DNA of 64,000 nt, from the NCBI GenBank assembly GCA_022627495.1, contig JAKEGJ010000016.1, positions 16,995 through 80,994 of the forward strand, written 5' to 3'. Positions 34,601 through 41,350 of this stretch are shown piece after piece (position 1 is the stretch's first letter; each line of letters begins with the position of its first letter). Position numbers and translations under genes: made by a program. The stretch is from Candidatus Micrarchaeota archaeon. GTDB taxonomy: Archaea; Micrarchaeota; Micrarchaeia; Anstonellales; Bilamarchaeaceae. The notes beneath the pieces were generated by a model. It saw only the letters and a program-made list of their open reading frames with translations. It was not told where the DNA came from and searched no databases.

Positions 34601-35778
34601 CGGCGGCGGACAGGAGGGAATCAAATTACCGCTCGGAGATGGGGGATGTCGTGGGAGACCGGCTCAGGGGGAACACGGGAGCAGTCATGGCTTCGCATCC
34701 CGAGCTTATTGTGGCAGGAGACGAAACGCAGCTCGGCCGGAGCGTCGCGACAACAATGCTCGGATTGGGCCCGCAGCTTGCGGGTATGAGCGATACGGAC
34801 GTGCGTATGCGGGTGCAGGAGCATGTCAATTCTGACCCATCGATAAGCCCAGAAGACAGGGCGAACGCATCGAGATACGTAGACAGATACCTGGATGGCG
34901 CACGGAATGTTGCTCGGGATTTCGGCCGTGCAGAAACTCTTGTGTCGAGGGAAGTAGTATCCAACCAGACCTCATTCATGCCGAGTTCGCATGATCAGAC
35001 ATTCGAGCGCCTGCTAGGGGAGCAGTACGTTGCCGGGCGGCCCGAGTTCCAGCAGAGGCCGGTCCCGCCGCAAGACAGCTCCGAGGCGAGAGAGTTCATG
35101 GAAAGGACCGGCACCTCCCCGGACCAGCTGACGCAAAGGTGGGACGATAGCGAGTATAGGCGCGTGCAGGCACAACAGAACAACCTTGTCGTAGATGCCA
35201 GCCGCGAATGGGGCGCGGCGATGGGTGAGGCCCGGCGGTCGCTTCCCCCTGATGCCAGTTCCGCGGACCTGAGGGACTATGCCATGGGCCGCATGCTTAC
35301 GAACTATGCCTCCCAGGCGGCGATGCCCGACGGCTCTGTCGGCCCGAACAACCCTATGGCCCTGAACGCGCACCAGACCTACCTCGGCATGGTCGCAGGC
35401 GGCCCGTCCGATTCCAATTCAAGGGCATTGAACGTACTCAACACCGGATGGAGCGGCGACCTCTCGAGCCCGGATTACGCCCCGCCCGAGCCATTACGGG
35501 AAGGCTCGCATGTGAGGGGGGCAGTATTCGACCCTATGGCTTTGAGCGCGTTCGCCGTAGGGACTCGGACGGTACTTCTCGCCTCTGAAGCGTATGGAAA
35601 CGATGTGCCGCAGGAAGTTTACGCCGGGGGGACCCGTGCAATTTCCGAATACAACCGCGGCAACCATGCCGATGCATCGAGGCGTTTCCTATCGTCCTCT
35701 ACTGCTGCGAGTTCATTTATAGAAGAGCGGCGCCAGCGCGAGATGGAAGAAGCCGGAGATTCCTTGAGCGGTAGGTAA
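31579..35778 (+). CDS. Giant (1399 aa) type-I membrane protein: signal peptide, ~160-aa Cys-rich ectodomain, one TM, ~1190-aa Cys-free tail
   Basis: MKSAPIVLILLAFASAALA signal and nine Cys up to the TM (LCLPILIIFSLLSGALYL). The TM is followed by the basic stretch GGARIGKHIRYQARGRGF (positive-inside). I see no Cys after the TM, no Walker motif and no recognised domain. Confidence 0.8.
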   Translation: MKSAPIVLILLAFASAALASDCVSCEQMADRPQARILTINDDVAYTLEMYTYYENLSATPSRQPINNTIVIIELTNSTGLKEIYKTYVNSNGSSRFNFNTWKNGCITFKVLYCPFCNPDSPECGFDACMNFSLIGTDKHSAAELDTAPGSFAESLPASTELYLPALDQLTYCPPPPSMAATPSLCLPILIIFSLLSGALYLTGRNPWAGFNIGGARIGKHIRYQARGRGFSLDLKSLAMSISSAKGETEIDESTGKRKGESTEPKWFGYSMVRDLKDVVVGTKGAGGSGSATQVSKDLALGGGRRARPGIAGAFRQAGRDGRASTARVFGGQVDSKGKAVGPGSGQAAGRAFGAGEIARQWGNEVLISLGRIGATLYDSSFFSSLLGTFDSSLRNLSSRLESTRFVSERQNAAMLIADAERLSEVAGREYAPGIAQLREGSGQVDEDGSRTGRSGSRYIEISSEGLGLPAGATVVATVGTIGPNGESTITVHVGTGSGEGRILTNYTMQNGTVVGLERVMNVGSPTGEQMGINFRMGPNGRLEASGITSYSNTPGQPPERMEVRRDDQGLIIEVGNITVQRNDRGEVTAMFDRNLPASQSGQPGLQVPTGTTLHEAVTNLISNDGNNINQMQGIIAINAANMKEMASRTMETANASLERTSQMYMAQYGMVEVTDHNVLKVSGEGERGSDGTIRSDGRGDMTIRVIDSDYTPSGQPGNRSGLANGTTIELRNDAYISATDASGRNILQRDQEVHVGDRTMYQTSLTGTNIVLDTNTSRGQTIEATNVIEHVGEVNRLAGDLRQSFQAYQTSMLLEAGRQFGEQRPGLAAAFESATTDRRQGGEALSAHLRESGVPDDVAAAAGLLYGSTTIGYRETSFAADAHRGAEEYSRAFSTAIMTGDHRVDQSDLAAMSPRARAYMEARDTVQAEFEQRNPGSHFNPDDPQVSRMIEVRMRPAVETIRSAETQAISQAQSRDPAIRQQGEDAIRALGMVPRDYQLPEGTTLWQAAADRRESNYRSEMGDVVGDRLRGNTGAVMASHPELIVAGDETQLGRSVATTMLGLGPQLAGMSDTDVRMRVQEHVNSDPSISPEDRANASRYVDRYLDGARNVARDFGRAETLVSREVVSNQTSFMPSSHDQTFERLLGEQYVAGRPEFQQRPVPPQDSSEAREFMERTGTSPDQLTQRWDDSEYRRVQAQQNNLVVDASREWGAAMGEARRSLPPDASSADLRDYAMGRMLTNYASQAAMPDGSVGPNNPMALNAHQTYLGMVAGGPSDSNSRALNVLNTGWSGDLSSPDYAPPEPLREGSHVRGAVFDPMALSAFAVGTRTVLLASEAYGNDVPQEVYAGGTRAISEYNRGNHADASRRFLSSSTAASSFIEERRQREMEEAGDSLSGR

Positions 35779-35946
35779 AACTGCCCCGCGGAGTTGAGTC
35801 AAATCCGGCACATTCCCACCTAGTCCTGATTGGCTTTGCTTTTTGTCCCAATGGCTCGTTTTATTGCTGGACGGATTGAACACCAAGCGAGCATTAGAAA
35901 TGGTGCCTGAGGGTGTCTTTCTGGAGCTGGTTGGCATGGTAATTTT

Positions 35947-36075
35947 ATAAACCTGTCAAAAGTAACTATAATCATGAAATCCGCATCCGTTGTACTAATT
36001 CTGCCTGCATTCGCATCAGCCGCGATAGCCTCGGACTGCGTTTCCTACGAGCAGATGGCGGGCAGGCCGCCGGCG
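35947..36075 (+). repeat. Direct repeat copy 2, about 170 nt after the stop of the 1399-aa gene
   Basis: The sequence is ATAAACCTGTCAAAAGTAACTATAATCATGAAATCCGCATCCGTTGTACTAATTCTGCCTGCATTCGCATCAGCC...GAGCAGATGGCGGGCAGGCCGCCGGCG. Confidence 0.8.
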
Positions 36076-36084
36076 ACAAGCTGA
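35974..36084 (+). pseudogene. 36-codon remnant of a paralogue/allele of the 1399-aa gene (MKSASVVLILPAFASAAIASDCVSYEQMAGRPPATS*)
   Basis: Translated by hand. It is homologous to residues 1-~33 of the giant protein and ends at a TGA 4 nt before the PadR start. Confidence 0.6.
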
Positions 36085-36088
36085 TGGC

Positions 36089-36403
36089 ATGGAACGGACA
36101 TTCGCGCCCATCAAGCGGCTGAAGAATCTGCTCACAAACGGCAACCTCTGGCTCTACCTCCTATCACTCATGGAAAAAAGGGGCGAGCTGTACGCTTACT
36201 CGGCCGGGGCCGACATCGAATCGGAATTCTTCTTCCGCCCGAACCGGATAATGGTGTATGTGGTGCTTTACAAGCTCGAAGCCGAGGGGCTTATCCGCTC
36301 CGAATTCAGGGAGAGGAGGAAATACTACAGGCTGACGAAAAAGGGCCGGGGGGCCATCGCGTCGGCAAGGGAGTATTTCGCCCTCCTTTCCGGGAAGCTG
36401 TGA
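36089..36403 (+). CDS. PadR-family transcriptional regulator
   Basis: 104 aa with LYLLSLMEKRGELYAYS ... VYVVLYKLEAEGLIRSEFRERRKYYRLTKKG. Confidence 0.8.
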   Translation: MERTFAPIKRLKNLLTNGNLWLYLLSLMEKRGELYAYSAGADIESEFFFRPNRIMVYVVLYKLEAEGLIRSEFRERRKYYRLTKKGRGAIASAREYFALLSGKL

Positions 36404-36407
36404 TGCC

Positions 36408-36932
36408 ATGCGAATTATAATCACCGGCTCCCCCGGAACTGGCAAATCCGCGATAGCCCGGGCGCTGTCGGAACGCACCGGCCTCCCCCTTATCGACATC
36501 AAGCGCGTTGCGCGGGAGCGCGGGCTCGTGGGGAAAAGCCACGAAGTCGATTTGAAGAAGCTCGCCGCCGCATTGCGCCCCCCCACGAAGAAAAAGGATT
36601 TCATAGCCGAAGGCCACCTCGCCTGCGAAATCCGCCTGCCTGCTGACTTCGTATTCGTCCTCCGCACCGCACCCCGGGTATTGCGCCGCCGCCTCGCACG
36701 GCGCGGATACAACAAAAAAAAGCTCGAGGAGAACCTGGTGAGCGAGATGCTCGACTACTGCGTGCAAAGGGCTGAAATCGTTTATCGCCGAATGCCGCTG
36801 GAGCTGGACACATCGCAAAAAAGCGTTTCCGCCTGCGTTGGCGCAATACTCCGGGCGATGAAGCAAAAAAAGAAAAAACTTGACACCGTAGACTATTCAT
36901 CGGACCTGAAACGGCACCTTAAAGTACGGTAG
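36408..36932 (+). CDS. Adenylate kinase isoenzyme-6/Fap7-type NTPase
   Basis: P-loop IIITGSPGTGKS and VFVLRTAPRVLRRRLARRGY..KKLEENL. Confidence 0.75.
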   Translation: MRIIITGSPGTGKSAIARALSERTGLPLIDIKRVARERGLVGKSHEVDLKKLAAALRPPTKKKDFIAEGHLACEIRLPADFVFVLRTAPRVLRRRLARRGYNKKKLEENLVSEMLDYCVQRAEIVYRRMPLELDTSQKSVSACVGAILRAMKQKKKKLDTVDYSSDLKRHLKVR

Positions 36933-36941
36933 GGTTGGTAG

Positions 36942-37454
36942 ATGCTTATGAAGGAGGAAAAAAAGCTGATTGAGGCGGCGCTTTTCATGAGCTCCCGCGC
37001 GATGTCGCTCGAGGAGTTCCGGACGCTGACCGGCATCGGCGCGCTCGGCTACATCCAGAACGTCCTGGCGGAGCTGAAGAAGGATTACGACGAGCGGGAG
37101 AGCGCGGTCGAGATATCGGAAAGCGACGGAAAGTTCTCCATGCGCGTCCGTGCGGGCCTCATTTCCCGCGTCAAGCAGTTCGCGCAGGACACGGAGATAA
37201 GCAAGAGCGCGCTCCGCACGCTCGCATACCTGTCGAAGCACGACGGGATGCTGAAATCCGAGCTTGTGCGCAAGGTCGGCACGCAGGCGTATGCCGACGT
37301 CAAGGAGCTTGTGGATGCGGGGTTCCTCAAGTCCCACAAATCCGGCCGCTCATCCAAACTCACGCTGACCGAGAAGTTTAAAGTATATTTCGTGCAGGAG
37401 AAGCAGGAGAGCGCGTCTCCGGCGGAACAGCCTCCGGAGCAGACAACCCTGTAG
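36942..37454 (+). CDS. scpB: Segregation and condensation protein B (ScpB)
   Basis: LIEAALFMSSRAMSLEEF, then SKSALRTLAYLSKHDGMLKSELVRKVG. This is a two winged-helix pattern. Confidence 0.75.
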   Translation: MLMKEEKKLIEAALFMSSRAMSLEEFRTLTGIGALGYIQNVLAELKKDYDERESAVEISESDGKFSMRVRAGLISRVKQFAQDTEISKSALRTLAYLSKHDGMLKSELVRKVGTQAYADVKELVDAGFLKSHKSGRSSKLTLTEKFKVYFVQEKQESASPAEQPPEQTTL

Positions 37455-37587
37455 ATTTTTTCCCCAGCTGAGGTCCAATTGAACGCTTTGCGTTCAATGG
37501 CCCTCATCAACTCGCTGCGCTCGTTGCTGAGGTCGCAGAGAACTTCGTTCTCTGGACGATCAGCTAAGGTGAAACGCCTGTTTTCAC

Positions 37588-37751
37588 GCTGACGTCGCAT
37601 AACCTGGTAGTGCGCCGGTCTTGAACGGCATCCAGCTTCCAGCCATCGGTTTCCGGTTCCGTGTTTCGGAACCGAAAACTGGAAACAGGAAACTGGAAAC
37701 CCGTGTGAACCGGTCCCCCTGGGATCGCAGGTTCAAATCCTGCCGTCAGCG
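37588..37751 (+). tRNA. tRNA-Ser(UGA) with a ~82-nt intron at the canonical 37/38 position
   Basis: Folded by hand: acceptor GCTGACG/CGTCAGC, D-arm GCAT-AACCTGGTA-GTGC, anticodon stem CCGGT...ACCGG with loop CTTGAA|intron|A. The variable arm is 13 nt (TCCCCCTGGGATC), the T-arm is GCAGG-TTCAAAT-CCTGC and the discriminator is G. No CCA is encoded. Confidence 0.8.
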
Positions 37752-38003
37752 TTTTTCCCTTCTTTAGCCACGCGCATGCAGCTGCAGCCCTAAGGGAAAA
37801 ACGATGTGAAGGGAACAAAATTCCCTTCGTCGGCGATTTTATTTTCAAAAAATTGCAGTCCAAGGACGGTTCGCCGTTCTTGAACACAGCGATTCTTTTT
37901 TGAATGCGAGCCTGCCGGCTCGCAGTCGTTTATCCGGCGCAGATTATGCCCCGTGCAAGTCCGCATCCTATATTTATTAACACGACCAGACATCATAAAT
38001 CAT

Positions 38004-38189
38004 ATGAAAGTCAAATGTGACAAGTGCAAGGCCTTCTGCTCGGGCGATATCGACGAACTCATCACGCTTGGCTGGAGCCAGGCGACAATCGCCAAGCCTG
38101 AAAAAAAGGTATTCACCCGCTGTCCTGCCCACCGGGCCGGCCTGACCGAAGAGGTCGGCAAGGCGCGCGGCGTAAGGATTGGCGGCTGA
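38004..38189 (+). CDS. Small hypothetical Cys/His-containing protein
   Basis: 61 aa starting from MKVKCDKCKAFC...RCPAH, preceded by a TATA-like TATATTTATTAA. There is no family assignment. Confidence 0.35.
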   Translation: MKVKCDKCKAFCSGDIDELITLGWSQATIAKPEKKVFTRCPAHRAGLTEEVGKARGVRIGG

Positions 38190-38217
38190 CTTTTCATCTG
38201 CCGCAAAGCAATGCGGC

Positions 38218-39483
38218 TCATTTCCTGCCGCATCTGGCTTTGAGGTCCTGGTATGCCTTTAGCACTGCGGCCCCGTAATCGCGTCCCCCCTGGAGAAGCG
38301 GCAGTTCGCAGTCGTTCACATACTGGACGAAATCGCTGTACCCATAGCACTGGCCTGGCGGCGATTTGACCGGCCTGCCTGCGCTGCACCTTACGGAGTC
38401 GCCCCCGCCTTCGCCGGAATTGCAGTACGAGTCGGTCACAGCAGAGCTTTGGGCGAACCCGTATGCCCAGCAGTCCCCGTTCGAAATGGAGCTTGAGCAC
38501 CTGGGATGGTCCGCCGACCTTTCCCTGCTGCCCCATTGGCCAAAGTACATGTTTGCAAGCACGTACATCGCAATGCCCTCCTCGCCCCGCGTGTTGTTTT
38601 CGGCTAGCCCCAGCTGGGCCCGATGGCCTTTCACCCAGGCGCGCGCAGCCCTCTGGAAGCGCTCGAGCCTGGCCGTTCCAAGGCAAATGGCATCGTCGCT
38701 GTTGAAGGGATTGAAGCGCGGATTGCACGCCCGTGCCTCGCTGAAATCGGACGAACAGGATAAGCCGGCGCGTTCAAGCACATCGAAATACGGGCCGTCT
38801 ACTCCGTCAGGATGGTATGCCGCAGGCCAGTATGTCACTGGCGGCTCGAGGGTCTGGAAAAGGCCGGTGGCGAGCCATCGCCAGTCCGATGGTGCCGAAC
38901 CCGAGGCGGCCGGGGCATTCGTGAATGCGCACCTGCCTGCCGGGTCATGCATCTCATCAAAACCAACGTCATAACCCTGGTCTTTTTCCACCCCGGGCGA
39001 AGAACATGCGGCGTCATCGTAGCCTGCGCGGCAAACCCTGGCGGCCGCGCAATCGTCGAAGTTGCTCTGCGCCAGGACGAAGGCCCGGACAAGCAGGGGC
39101 ATAAGCCCGCGCTTTGCGGCCCAGCCTTCGATTGATGGGAAGCTTTTGCACGCATCCGGTCCGGCCTCGGATGCCATTTCAGGCGCAGCGCCGGCGGCCG
39201 GGATTCCTGCAGATGGCGCCGCTGGAGTTGCGCCCAAGGAGGATGTTGCGGAAGCGGCAGGTGAACCCGCCGCGGAAGGCGTTGCAGTGGCCAGTATGGG
39301 AACATGTGGCCGGGCGGACCGGGTTGGCGACGGGGCCATCGTAGGGCTGGATTGAACGGGCGTTTCCGCGGTTTGCGAGGCGGCCGCAGCCGGCGCGGAC
39401 TCCTCTTTCGGCTTGCACCCGATGCCTGATCCGGCAAGGAACACGGTGCCGATGACCGCGGCCGCTGCGAACGTCTCCTTCAT
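38218..39483 (-). CDS. Secreted lipoprotein with Pro/Ala-rich linker and a lysozyme-like (SLT/lytic-transglycosylase-like) Cys-rich domain
   Basis: Lipobox (FLAGSGIGC). Motifs resemble SLT blocks: VLAQSNFDD (vs ES-x-F-N/D), ATGLFQTLEP (vs GLMQ), NPFNSDDAICLGTARL, VLANMYFGQWG (vs AYNAG). The match is by eye only. Confidence 0.45.
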   Translation of the reverse strand: MKETFAAAAVIGTVFLAGSGIGCKPKEESAPAAAASQTAETPVQSSPTMAPSPTRSARPHVPILATATPSAAGSPAASATSSLGATPAAPSAGIPAAGAAPEMASEAGPDACKSFPSIEGWAAKRGLMPLLVRAFVLAQSNFDDCAAARVCRAGYDDAACSSPGVEKDQGYDVGFDEMHDPAGRCAFTNAPAASGSAPSDWRWLATGLFQTLEPPVTYWPAAYHPDGVDGPYFDVLERAGLSCSSDFSEARACNPRFNPFNSDDAICLGTARLERFQRAARAWVKGHRAQLGLAENNTRGEEGIAMYVLANMYFGQWGSRERSADHPRCSSSISNGDCWAYGFAQSSAVTDSYCNSGEGGGDSVRCSAGRPVKSPPGQCYGYSDFVQYVNDCELPLLQGGRDYGAAVLKAYQDLKARCGRK

Positions 39484-39731
39484 CCGAGTGAATACGCCCT
39501 GCGGCCTTGCCCGCGCCTTGCCTTCCATTCCTGAATCAGTATGCCGAAGCTTCATGCCCCCACCCGATAACTTTTGCCTCTCGTTTCCTGAATATGTTGC
39601 GAAATGTTAATAAAAGTGTCCACACACCGAAAACGCGCAGGCTTCATTCCCGATGCGCCGCCGCCACACGTCCGGCCTGGTCCTGACCGACGCTTTTAAT
39701 AAGATTATCGTTGGGAATAAATGGCAAATGA

Positions 39732-40142
39732 ATGGCAGGTGAGGCTATGGAAGAAGACCGGATTGTGACAGAACTATTCTTGGAAAGGCCGAGTTTCAAA
39801 GAAGTCGCCAAAGTCGCCAAGGCCCTCGAAGTCGCAGGCGTCAAGAGCATCGTCATGCCCCCGGAGGACCGCAGCATCAACACGCACCTTATTGTCGAGA
39901 ACGCGGACCTCCCGAAGATACGGCCCGTCCTCAAGAAGCTCGGCGTCAACGCGATGGAGAAGGAGGTCATCATCATCCGCCTCGAAAACCGCCCGGGCAC
40001 CATGGCCGACGCTGCGAAGAAGATTTCCGACAGGGGCATAAACCTCGTCTACGCGTTCTCGGTTACGATGACGCCGACGCTTTCCTACGTGCTCCTGGGG
40101 GCATCCGACAACAAGCAGGCCCTCAAGGCCCTCTCAGAATGA
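39732..40142 (+). CDS. ACT-domain protein
   Basis: The C-terminal half (VIIIRLENRPGTMADAAKKISDRGINLVYAFS) fits the ACT fold pattern. Confidence 0.6.
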   Translation: MAGEAMEEDRIVTELFLERPSFKEVAKVAKALEVAGVKSIVMPPEDRSINTHLIVENADLPKIRPVLKKLGVNAMEKEVIIIRLENRPGTMADAAKKISDRGINLVYAFSVTMTPTLSYVLLGASDNKQALKALSE

Positions 40143-40187
40143 GCAATCCCTTGACATATCCGCGTTTTTCTTTTTCCCAATCTATTC

Positions 40188-41189
40188 CTACGATTTCCCC
40201 AGGTTGAACTTGTAGACGTGGAGTATCGGCGTATACTCGAAATCCTTTATCACAGGGCCGAAGCGGTCCCTCACCTCGCTCAATGTCTGCTGGAGCTGCT
40301 GGGGGCCGTCGATATCAACAGAAATGAGGATGTCCCACCTGCCTATGCACGTCATGAACAGGGTGATATGCGGATTCGACCTGCAGTACGCGTCGAATTC
40401 CATCTCCTTCTCGGTTGTTATGCCTTCGGTGGTTATAAGTATCTCATAATTCTGGATGCCTATTATGGACGGCTGGAAAATCGCCTTGTATCCCTGTATG
40501 ACGCCCATCGCCTCAAGCTTCTTGACGCGCATCCTCGCCGCATTGGTCGACATCCCGATTTTCGTCCCAATTTCAACTGCCGGAGTCTTGGCGTCTTTCG
40601 CGAGTATCGTTAGGATGGACAAATCCTTCCGGTCCAGCTTGCTCTTGCGGGGCGGGCCGCTGAAGAAAAGGGAGCCGACCCTTTCCGCGCCGCGCTTCTC
40701 AAGCAGGTAAGAGCGCGGGTATGACCGTATCTTCGTCGCGATGCTCACCGAATAGTTCTGGACGATGCCCGGGTTGTCCGAGAGTATCTTCCTGAGGATT
40801 TCGGAAAAAGTGACGCTGTCCTCGGCCATCACGCTGAAGGCGTAGTCGAACTTCCCGCCGCATGATGCCACCCAGCCGACCTGGGGGTGCGATACCAGGG
40901 AATCCAGGAACTTTCTCTTCTTCTCGGGATTCATGTGCCGTATCTGCACCCATACCTCGTGGTCGACGTATCCCAGTTTCGAGAAATCCACTATGGCGAC
41001 GAAGTTAACAATCGCCTTCTTCCCGATGAGCTTGTGCATGCGCGTCTCTGCCATCCTCTTCGAAATGCCGAGCTTTTCGCCCAGCTCGTTGACGCTCACC
41101 TTGCAGTTGCTCTCAAGCTCGTGGATTATCCTCCGCTCTATTTCGTCAAGGGTGTGCTGTCTCATCCGCTTAACCCCCTCATGTATCAT
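40188..41189 (-). CDS. Tandem (duplicated) Lrp/AsnC-family transcriptional regulator
   Basis: Two HTH_AsnC modules (LDEIERRIIHELESNCKVSVNELGEKLGISKRMAETRMHKL and LDRKDLSILTILAKDAKTPAVEIGTKIGMSTNAARMRVKKL). Each is followed by a RAM-like domain. Confidence 0.8.
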   Translation of the reverse strand: MIHEGVKRMRQHTLDEIERRIIHELESNCKVSVNELGEKLGISKRMAETRMHKLIGKKAIVNFVAIVDFSKLGYVDHEVWVQIRHMNPEKKRKFLDSLVSHPQVGWVASCGGKFDYAFSVMAEDSVTFSEILRKILSDNPGIVQNYSVSIATKIRSYPRSYLLEKRGAERVGSLFFSGPPRKSKLDRKDLSILTILAKDAKTPAVEIGTKIGMSTNAARMRVKKLEAMGVIQGYKAIFQPSIIGIQNYEILITTEGITTEKEMEFDAYCRSNPHITLFMTCIGRWDILISVDIDGPQQLQQTLSEVRDRFGPVIKDFEYTPILHVYKFNLGKS

Positions 41190-41350
41190 ATCGCATCCGC
41201 AATTAAATAAATGATGCTTTTTCCACCTATTCCCGGGTTTTTTTGTTCAAATGCGACCCTTTGCCAACCCAATTCCATTTGCCGCCATCTTCGCGCAATT
41301 TACGCCGTAATTCCGTATGGTTTATATTTCTTTCCTGACACATCAGCATC

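Noticed and set aside
37626-37707. Short CTGGAAAC/AGGAAAC repeats, considered as a possible mini-CRISPR or satellite
   Set aside because: There are only two or three units of 7-8 nt with no spacers, inside a tRNA intron. This is not a CRISPR array.
38000-38728. 242-aa minus-strand ORF
   Set aside because: It is out of frame with the lipoprotein gene 38218-39483 and antisense to the small ORF at 38004. It is Arg/Gly-rich.
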